Below, in pieces: positions 53,564 to 64,000 of a DNA stretch of 64,000 bases. Every line of letters begins with the position of its first letter. Position 1 is the first letter of the stretch. The notes under the pieces are model-generated. The model was not told the DNA's origin. It made no database searches and saw only the letters and a program-made list of their open reading frames with translations. Both the position numbers and the translations under genes were made by a program. Source of the stretch: Camelus dromedarius (lineage: Eukaryota); NCBI RefSeq assembly GCF_036321535.1, contig NC_087436.1, positions 20,090,001 to 20,154,000 of the forward strand, written 5' to 3'.

Positions 53564-54479
53564 TTACAGCTGAAAAGCATCAGCGTAGCCTCGGAATATA
53601 CATTTACATGGATTTAAACTTTGGTGGATGAGATAAAGACGTTCTCCAAGTCTTGCACAGGTGATACATCTCAGTCAACTGCAGCAGGTGATACAATGCC
53701 TGTATGTGAACATGCATGTCTAGGCGTTTTCTAGGAAATAACACAGCGAGGTCAGTAACGGAGAGCGGCAATTTCATTTTGAAAAGCGTTTCGCGCCCCA
53801 CGTGGCCATGGACTGAGAGCATGTTCTCACTTTAAAACCACGGCACGATGAAACTAGACCTGATTATCAGGACCTACACACACTCATCACATAAGCTCTC
53901 TTGCATTTATTTTGTAGCTAAGGTGTTTGAAGATTTTTAGGGTGCGGGGAGGGAGAACTGAGAGAAGCAAAAGAACCAGAAAACCACAGGGGGAGGAAGT
54001 ACTGCTGAGAGCTGGAAGATGTAAGGTCCAGGGGAAAGAAACCTAGAAAAATAATTCATACTGTGTGGAATCTGATCTTACTGAACTATCTGCTCCAGAC
54101 TCCTTCCTGTGAGATCAAGAGTGCCAGGAGAGTAGGAAATTGATCTTAACCAGCCTTTAAAAAAAAAAAGAAAGAAAGAAAAAGAAAGACAGACAGAAAG
54201 GGGAAAAGACCATGCTGACAAAGCCCCACAAGATTAGAGGCCACCCAGCAAACAGTCACATCCCATGTGGCTTTCAACGATCAACTGTGCAGGTAACTCT
54301 GGCTCAGTCAATGCTAAGACTGTTATCCCATCCGAAACACTGCGTGTAGGGTTTATATTACACACAATGGCTAAGGCTTCTGTTAACAATGGAGTAGCTG
54401 GTGGAGCAGAAAGCCCACTTTTCTGTCTGACGTAGAGAAAACAATTTAACAGTGTGTTTGTGTGTGTTTTACTTTTTTC

Positions 54480-56050
54480 TGATTATAAAAATGAGGAATT
54501 TTCATTTTAGAAAATTTAGAAAGTGAAACAAAATGTAAAGAAGAGAAAATATTATCACTCCTGTAGTGACCCAGAGGCAATAGCTGTTAGGACATGTCTC
54601 ATTCAGTTCTGAGTATCATTAAACTTCCTCTGCAAACATTTAACACACCTGCATGACTGCATAAATCCAACAACTTATTTAAAGGATTCTCCCATTACTG
54701 GTCCACCCTGTTGATGCTAATTTTCTGCAATTATAACAATGCCGTGATCAATGTCTCTGCATAATTTTTGATAATATCCTTAGGAGAAATTCCTGGAAGT
54801 TAAATTATTTGATCGAAGGCTCTTGATTCACTTTGCCAAACGACTGTCCGGAGTGCTTGTATCAATTTACACTCTCTCCAGCAGCGGCTGAGTGCCTTTC
54901 TCATTTCCCGTGCCAGTATCGAGTCTGAGTTTAAAACAACAAAATTTCTCTAATTTATAGCTGGAAAACAATATTGTTTTAATTTGTACGTGAGCCTGGA
55001 AATGCTCTCCTCTGTTTACTAGCCATCTGTGTTTCTCTTATGGATTTACTGTTCATATTTCTTACCTATTTACCCTATTTACTGAGGTTCTAGTGTTTAT
55101 TATTTTTTTATGAGCTGCACATATAAGAAAGATAGAAATAATTTATTTCTTATTTGTTTCCCTGTTAGTCTTTTGTCTTTTAATTTTGTTCCTGGTATAT
55201 ATATATTTTTTAACCTTGGGGATGACACTTAAATCTTAAGTAGACAAGTCTGTCATTTTTTTTTGTTGCTTTCAATGCTTAGAATATTTCTGCCTCTCTG
55301 ATCAATATATTTCCTTCTAATTTTTTAATAGCTTGCCCTAAAAAAATTCAGCTCATTAATCCATTTGCATATATGGGATGAATTAGGTCAGGTTTTCGAC
55401 CCCCCAGCCTCCCCCAAAAGCTAACTTTGTTACTGTAGGACCATTAGAAGACTACCAATTATGCTTTATTTACATACGTTAAAATTTTAAATACAGTATA
55501 CAGTCTGAGTTTAATTTATTCTATTGTTTTGTGTGCACACCAATTTAATTGTGGTTGCATAATCTTTGATTAATCCTCACATCAAGAATTCTTTTCTTTA
55601 CTATTCCATTTAAAAAATTAGCTATTTTCACTTGTTTATCCTTCCAGGTAATATTCACAATACATTTTCCAACTTTCAAAAAATATTACATTGTGATTCT
55701 GACATGGATTGTTTTAAACTATGTATTAAATTAGGAAGAATTAATATCCTTAAAATGTTCTCACAATATTAGGACTTCTTAAGGAACACAGATTGCCTGT
55801 TTTTTTTTAATTCAGATTTTCTTTCTCTCTCAGTTACATAGTTCTCATATACTGCTGCTTCAGATTATTTCCAAGAACTTTATGTATTCTGATGCTACTG
55901 GGGATGTGATTTTCCTCTCCATTATATTTTTTGACGGGTTATTGTCAGATTAAAGAAAACTGACATGTAATTTCTAAACATAAGATGCTTTAGCAGTTTC
56001 TAGATAAACAATCATATCACTTGAAGAGACACAATGACCATAAGTAATTC
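54480..56050 (-). mobile_element. Ancient L1 (L1ME-type) remnants in SMAD1 intron
   Basis: T-rich degenerate antisense L1 motifs (aattcctggaagttaaattat; gattgttttaaactatgtattaaattaggaagaattaatatc). Confidence 0.55.
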
Positions 56051-56681
56051 TGAAGGACTAAAGGAGGAAGGACACTCACAGACTTCTGGTATGAGTGGAA
56101 ATTAATCAAAGCTCTCTAGAAAATAATTTGGCAAAATACATCAAGAGCTTTTGACTTTCTAATTTCACTTCAAGAGTCTATCCCAAGAATATTATCAATT
56201 AGTTAATCATATCATCTACATATAATGACAATTTTGGCTCATTTCCGTAATCTGTAATTCTCCATCTGAGTGCACAAGTCAAGGGATCTGGAACAATCTT
56301 AAATAACAGCATTCCCAGAACACTTACTTTCTTCCTGATTGTTAATAGGAATGTTCCAGAGCACAGGGGCTTTTTACTACTCCGGGGTAGTGGTCAACTT
56401 AATGAAAAATATGTCCCTTTGTCCCAAATGTATGCCAAACTGGGTTTACATTCGGTTTCAGGGGTTTACAGACCAGGGAAAGAGATCTATAGGAGATGAA
56501 CATAAGTTCTAGCATTTCATCATTAAATGTGTAGTTTAGGTTTTTCTTTTTCCTCACTCATACTAAGGAACTATCCATTCCTGTTTAAAGAGGACTTGTT
56601 TTTTGTTTTTGCTTTTGTTTCCAGGATTAAATGTTACACTTCATCTCCAATGTCTTTTAAGCTTCTATTCAATAACCTTTT

Positions 56682-56760
56682 TTTTGTTGTTGTTTAGGGT
56701 GGAGGTAATTTAGGTTTATTTACTTATTTATTTTAATGGCAGTACTGGGGAGTGAACCCT
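56682..56760 (-). mobile_element. 5'-truncated Vic-1-type SINE
   Basis: Only the B-box half and tail are present; flanking aataacctttt repeat. Confidence 0.75.
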
Positions 56761-56799
56761 TAATAACCTTTTAATTTGGTCCACTGTTCCAAATTTCAT

Positions 56800-58700
56800 A
56801 GCAGGTCATCTAAAAAACTTTCACTCTGGGAATAATTTCAAGTTTATGGAAACAGAACAAGCCACAGAGAAAAACAGAACAAAGAACACCCATATACCCA
56901 TTATCTGGATTCACCCATTGTGACAGTTCACTCAACATTGGCACCTCCCCCACAACTCTTCCACAGACACCCTTGTGTACACACATACACTTACATATGT
57001 GGACATATTCTGACACAGGACTGTTTTAGATGGAGAGATATCTATATCTGTATGTATCTAAATAGAAATATATATATATATATGATGTCTTCCTGAACCA
57101 TTTCATCATGACCCTTTACCCCTAAATACTTAAGTGTGTATTTCCTAAGAAGACAGATGTTCTCTTATAAGACACAGCACAGTTAGCAACGCTAGTGCAC
57201 GGAGTGCTAACAAAATACTTTTATCTTATCAACCACTCATATTCTGATTTTGTCTGCTCACCCCCGAAAGGTTCTTCATAATACTCTTTCCCTGTCTGGT
57301 ACGGGGTCACGTCCGGGTTCAGGTTATTACACGGAGCAGTCACCTCTCTGTAGCTTCTTTTTATTTGGAACATTCTCATACCTTTGTCTTCTGACACCGA
57401 AATTCTGGAAGAACACAGTTCCTCCTCACCCTTTTAAACAGAATGTTCCTCATCTGGGGTGTGTGTGAAGTCACCCCGTGGTTAGCGTCAGACTTGCATC
57501 CTCCACTGGGATTCTGCAGGTGGTGCTACGTCCTTCTCCGGCCCCACGGCTGGAGGTGTATGGTATCCATCTGCCTCTCATTTGGGATGACCATTTCACT
57601 CTCCCAGTCACACTGTTGTCCAATTTCTTCACTATATAATGACTGATTTTTATTCTCCCTTGAAAGTAATAGGTAGTCTGAGGAGACACTTGAAGACCAC
57701 ACAAGTATCTGTTCTCCTAAAAACTTCTCTCAATATTTAGCATCCACTGATGTTCCTGCCTGATGGCTGCACAACGGGGGCCTTCCAATTTGACCACTCA
57801 GTCCACATTCACCAGTCCGCCTGCCTCATCCATTTCTTTATTTCTTATGGTCATGCGTGGCCTTATGAATTACTGTTGTTTCCCAGTGGTTTAAATTCAT
57901 GACTATTTAATCACTTTGGTGCTCAAACCCCCCACAGCTGGCCAGTGGAAGTCCCTCCGAGGTGGCCCCTGTGGCATGCCTCCCGCACGTGTGCAAGTAC
58001 CTGTTTACTTTTGGACATAACAAAAGGCTTCATGCTCATCCTGTGCCTGCCTGTCCCGGCCTTGGAGTCAGTCCTTTCTCCAGAAGCCCTGGTTCCTCTC
58101 AGTGGGAAATGGTGGTAAGAGATGATGATCTGAGCACTAGATGTGCTTATTGCTACCGGGTATCTTTGCCTCTTGGCCCTTTCAGCAGACAGATCAGAAA
58201 CCATATGCATGTACAGACGCGTCTCCATGTGTACTCATACACACACACACACACGTGTACAGGAGAACAGAAACATGCATATACACATACATACACATAC
58301 TGCTAAAAGCATGGTTTCACGCCGATACCTCCACAGGGTTTATGTGTTACCGTCCTCCACACTCGTGCGTCTCTTAATCCACAGTGAAAACCCCAGTTCC
58401 CACAACACCCACACAGTTAGTCATTTGCTTAATCTTATAATACACCTTAAAGTTTCATAACTGTTTCATTCAAACGGCCACTAAATAATCAAGTCTACTA
58501 AAAAGCGTTCAGGATTTGTTTGCGGTCACTCTACCTTACCTGGCCCAGACTGAGAATATATAGGCCAAATACCATATTTATAAGTTATTTTGGATTAGTT
58601 CCCTTTTTTTTCTCCAGTGAGTTATGGTACTCATTTGAAATACATTAGGTTTACTTGTTTTAATTTGCTTCTAGTTCGAGGTTGTAAAGAAATTTTTACC
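56800..58700 (-). mobile_element. L1MC/L1MD-type 3' region remnants in SMAD1 intron
   Basis: Degenerate motifs such as ccctttacccctaaatacttaagtgtgtatttcctaaga and ccagaagccctggttcct..agtgggaaatggt. Confidence 0.55.
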
Positions 58701-58861
58701 AGCTATTTCATCCTGCAGTAAAACATACGCTAGAACAGTGCCCCCGAGTAGCAAGTCACTATTTCAGCTAATAAGTATCAATTTTCATGAGGAAGCAGAC
58801 CACAAAAATCGCTGGTTGGGAAATGAAGTCCATCCTGATAATGCAATTGAAAACATATTTA

Positions 58862-59248
<387 letters not shown>

Positions 59249-60157
59249 TCAAGAACTGAAACTGTGTTGTAAAGCTGGCTCAGGGTCATGGAATGAAGAT
59301 GGGGAAGAGCAAACTGCTCTCATCGGGTGTGCAGTTTGGGATCTCGAAAGCAGGTACTCCCCACTGAGTGTGACATTCCCCTCTAACTGGAAAATCCTTT
59401 TCTCCAACGACTATCAGAGCACCAAGGCGCCAGCTCAGCCAGCACGCCGGCAGCACCTGCTGAACGCTCACAACGTGCTGCTTGCTCTGTTATGTGCCGA
59501 CGTGGAAATGACCCCACCGCTGACCCTGGCTCGCCATCTAGAGAAATGCAGCAAGTGGCAAGTGAAAAAACCAGTGGGGAGAGAACAACAGACGACAGGA
59601 AGTATGCCAAAGGTGCTGGCACAAAAAGGGTAACTTGGGACAAGCCTTAGGATGCCGATGCCTTTTCAAAGCAAAGAAAATCAGTTTCTAATTATTAATA
59701 AGAAGTTACTTTACTTCACGTCAGGTTCCAATAACCATCACAGCCACAGCCTTGCTCCGGGTCCTCAAACTCAGGAAGAAATCCTGCCAGCTGGCCATTC
59801 TTACAGAATGAATCATATCTCTCTCATCCAGATTTCATGCTAACTTCCTTATATTTGCTTTAAGTCCTGTAGAGCAGGTGTGTTTTGTCTCTCCATTCCC
59901 AGAATGGGCCAACAATGGAAATTACCCAACTTTACTGACAGGATGCAGCTTGTTAAGTCAAATCTCTTAAGACTAACAAATCTCCAAATAGAACAGGCCT
60001 CTAAACATTTGCAGCTAAAAGGTTCTAAAGATAAGTTCCTTCTGGAGTAAAACCTCTTATACCACTGCTTTAGAGATTCCAGGAATACAAACCATACATA
60101 TCCGGGATGCCAATATGTAATGATCTGAGGTTTACGAAGCCTGGAGTGTACAATTGT

Positions 60158-60243
60158 AAAAAAGAAAAAAAAAAGAAAGAAAAGGAAGAAAGGAAGAAAG
60201 GAAGGAAGAAAGGAAGAAAAGAAGAAAAGAAAGAGAAAGAAAG

Positions 60244-60302
<59 letters not shown>

Positions 60303-60347
60303 AGAAAGAGAGAAAGAAGAAAGAGAGAAAGAGAGAAAGAGAGAAAG

Positions 60348-60405
<58 letters not shown>

Positions 60406-60438
60406 GAAGAAAGAAAGAAAGAAAGAAAGAAAAGAAAA
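60158..60438. repeat. Compound (GAAA)n/(GAAG)n/(GA)n purine microsatellite, 281 bp
   Basis: Uninterrupted A/G tract, visible directly. Confidence 0.98.
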
Positions 60439-60781
60439 TCCAGGATGCAAGCATGAACTGTAACTGTTAAGGGAGAATTACCTCTGTGCTCTTAACATCA
60501 ACCGCCACAAATAGTAAGCTGCACTGTGCTTTAGAATTCGGTAAAAAAAATGATCATTTAAAAAATTCACACATTAGTTTTTTTTACACTTATGCAGGTG
60601 AGCTGAAAACATATACCACCTTCCCTGTTTGCTAAGCATCATCCCATGTCCATTAGCTGTATTTCAAAGAGCAGATTTTTTTAGTGATTTACAAGTGCCA
60701 AATCTTAAAGAAGGCTGTGCCATCATTAACAGAAGGCTTTAATCAGCTATTAGGACTGTTCACAGTACTATTCATCTAGGT

Positions 60782-60985
60782 CAGAGGCTGATAATTTTTT
60801 TTCTGTAAAAGGCCACAAAGGTCTTGTGGGACATACGGTCTCGACTGCAGCTACTCAGCTGTGCCCTGGCCGTGCTAAAGCAGCTACAGATAATCTGTCA
60901 TGAATGAACAGAGCTGCGTTCCAATAAAGCTTTATTTACAAAAACAGGCTGAAGTAGCTGGTGGGCTGCAGTCTGCTGACCCCTG
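60782..60985. mobile_element. MER58A-like DNA transposon
   Basis: ttttctgtaaaaggcca...gcagctactcagct...gcgttccaataaagctttatttacaaaaacaggc...tgctgacccctg. Confidence 0.8.
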
Positions 60986-61467
60986 CTCCAGGAAAACTGC
61001 CAAAATACAACAACAAGGCCAATAGCCCTGACTCATGAAAATATTAACTGTAAACTTATTCTGGTGGGCAAAAATTTTTAAGCCTTTTAAAGGAAAAAAT
61101 TTAAAGCAATTTAAAGGTCTATTTCCTGAAATCAGACATTTTAGGCCTAACGACCACGGCTACAGATCCACATGCTCATAACTGGTTAGCCCATTCTGTC
61201 CTGCTAGCCTGTTCCCCAAATGCAAATTTCAAAGATGTGTGAGACAGGAGTTATTTTCTGCAACCAGCATCTTTATCTGTTGGCTCATAATTTCTATGTT
61301 GGAGAGAATGTTCTAGAGAATATTCAGGAACCATAAAATACAGAGCCAGTAAAAAAGACATAAAAAATGTTTACAGATTAAAAAGGTATGCATTCCAATT
61401 CATTACACTGCACGTCAAAGGAAGGTTCTTTGAGTTCATCATCAACTTTTAAGAACTTAAAAAATAT

Positions 61468-61610
61468 GGGGAGGAGGGTACAGCTCAGTGGTAGAGCACA
61501 TGCCTAGCATACCTGAGGTCCTGGGTTCCATCCCCAGCACCTCTACTGAAAAGTCAAATAAATAAATAAACCTAATTACCTCCTCCCTGCAAAAAAAATT
61601 AAGTAAAATA
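61468..61610 (+). mobile_element. tRNA-Ala-derived SINE (Vic-1-type)
   Basis: GGGTACAGCTCAGTGGTAGAGC...GGTCCTGGGTTCCATCCCCAGCACCTC plus AATAAATAAACCTAATTACCTCC tail. Confidence 0.88.
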
Positions 61611-62304
61611 AAAAAATTTTAAAAATATAACCAACATTGACAGAGTCTGAGGTGCCTCCAGCAAAAAAGTGATAAGAATGATGAGATAAGACGTACCTAG
61701 TAATCTGATTGCATTTTAACTTCCATTTGTGTTAAAGGAATACAAACTGCATGCTCTATGCCCTAGCTGAGTGCACGGTGAGGCACGTTCCTCCATGAGA
61801 CGTTCCTCGGGGACAGTTTCAGCCAACAGTGTGGTCATGACGTCTTACAGTTACTCAGGGATTCTCCCAGCACTTCCTGACACGAGTTCTCAGCTTCACG
61901 AACCTTCTGGACCTGCCCCTGCAGCCCGGGCAGGGTGACAGCCCCCTCACCTCAGGCACACTCTCAGGGTAACACAGACCCACCTCTACTAGAGGAGACG
62001 AGAAGTGAGCGCTTCAGGGTGAGGAGAGGAGGAACATGTGCCTCAATCCCGTCTTACAGCAAGGTTAGCAACAAGCACACAGCAAGAGACAAACACACGT
62101 GATTAGCTTCTGCTGCAGCCACTCACAGATGAGGGCTGGAGAAGAGACGGGGCTTAGGAGTGCCTCTCTCAACTACCGAAGAACCTTCTGGAAAGCCTTG
62201 GTATATGAACTTCTAATTTTGGAAATCACCAGGGAAAACGCTCCTTCAGTTTTGTTAGGTTTGCTGTTTTTCAATAACCCTTAGCCTTCACTTAAAAATA
62301 TTCT

Positions 62305-62538
62305 TTTTTTCTTTTTTAAGATTTTTAAAAATTCATTTCTGTTCATTTCTGGCATACAGCACAGTGATTCAGTTATATACGTATGCATTCCTTTCCATAT
62401 TCTTTTTCACTATAGGCCATTACAAGGTATTGAATATAGTTCCCTGTGCTGTACAGTAGGACCTTGCTGTTTATCCATTTTATATATATAGTTAGTATCT
62501 GCAAATTCCAAACTGCCAATTTATCCCTGCCCACCCCC
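62305..62538 (-). mobile_element. L1 3' UTR fragment
   Basis: Same L1 3' motif; flanked by direct repeat taaaaatattcttt. Confidence 0.8.
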
Positions 62539-62804
62539 TAAAAATATTCTTTTATCATCAATCCAAAATTGTTAAGCACTGACGCTCTAAACAGATGACT
62601 GCACAGTTACACCCAGGTCTTCGCTGGTTACGTCAGTGTGTTTGTTCTCCCTATAAAAGGCTCATCTGTAACCCAAAGAATTCTTTCTGTCCAGCTCCTC
62701 TCACTGTGCTTTTACTAAAATAACGATCTAATAAAGACTAGTAAAAATCTATGAGAAAAAGTAACACTTGGACAGATAAACTTTCAGCTCTAAAAAGGGA
62801 ATCA

Positions 62805-63029
<225 letters not shown>

Positions 63030-64000
63030 TTAAGAAATTAAACTCGTTTCAACTTCCCCATCAGAAGACGGGATGCTACAGACACTGGACTTGGTGTACA
63101 TTTTTGGAAAGTTACTACCATCTCATAATCTTATACAATTGTAGTGGAAATGCAGTGGTAGGAAAGCATTATATGCCAGTTCCAGAACTTGTCTGCCCAC
63201 CCAGGGTCATGCCATTTACAAACAATCAGAAGGGCATCCAAACGTGCCTTCACACAATCCACTTGGAAAGGACCTCTGCATTTCGTTGTTACCCCAGTAG
63301 GTGGAAAACAGTTGAAAGCCACCCAGGACTTAAGAAAACGGGCTTCAGGGTCTCTCGCATTAAATCTATAGGCTCTCAGGGATTTACCAACTAAGACCCA
63401 TTACAGCCAACTTCCTGGCTGCAACTGTTAGTTTCCCATGACTTCAAGAAGTCAGAGGACTACCTTCTCCCTGCTCCCTTAAATAGTCACTAGTTTCAAA
63501 ATCCCTAGTAGCAGCATAATAGGAAATGAATCAGTTTATCACAATTATCTTCTATTTCAGAATTTGCATATGTTTCTTCTGGAGAGCTCACAGCCAGATG
63601 CCAAGTAAGAGGCAAATAGTGTGATTTTTGAAACAAAGAACACTAACACAAGTTCTGAGCTTTCTTAAAAGAAAGGGTATGGCTTTCCCAGGAACCATCC
63701 TTTGCGATGGAAAATGAATTCCTCCTGGGCTATGGTGAGCCCGTCTAGTACCACGTAGCAGAAACCACAGAGCAGGGAACAAAGTTTCACCTTAAGGAAC
63801 CACCAATAACTCGGATGTACTCTAGACCACTCAGGGCAACCATCGCATACAAATAGCTAACACTGTTCTTCCAGAGTTTCTTCGCGATTTCCCAGACTGA
63901 CTACAGCTGAACCACAACCTGCTAACGCCCAGCATCCAGCTGCTAGCCAGGCCTCAGAGCATGAAGTCAGGACTACGGGGACCCGGTCTGGATGCCTTTT

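Noticed and set aside
59849..60463. Long ORFs (201 aa F/L/S-rich, 126 aa, 118 aa K/E/R-rich)
   Set aside because: Translation artefacts of the stop-free (GAAA)n microsatellite.

Overview
Mammalian genomic DNA, most likely camelid (Camelus/Vicugna/Lama), because it carries 11 copies of a tRNA-Ala(AGC)-derived Vic-1-type SINE. The right third holds the last four coding exons and 3' UTR of SMAD1 on the minus strand: a linker exon with the PPAY motif, the MH2 domain and the C-terminal SSVS, with exon lengths 117/222/257/144 nt and canonical GT-AG splice sites. At ~8.15-8.8 kb is a CpG-island promoter with a minus-strand GTGAGT donor. By synteny (SMAD1 followed by MMAA in the same orientation) this is probably the non-coding first exon of MMAA, whose coding exons would lie left of the window. 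The ~40 kb in between is repeat-rich: L1, L2, MIR, MaLR/ERVL LTRs, MER DNA transposons and a decayed hAT/Charlie transposase. I found no convincing novel biological system. The best second-look items are a convergent pair of identical CTCF-type 15-mers (8161 + / 41114 -), a TAG|CAG tandem (NAGNAG) acceptor on the SMAD1 linker exon, a CpG-island-like patch inside an ancient L2 downstream of SMAD1, and the fossil transposase. Repeat family names come from my recall of consensus sequences, not from a database search.
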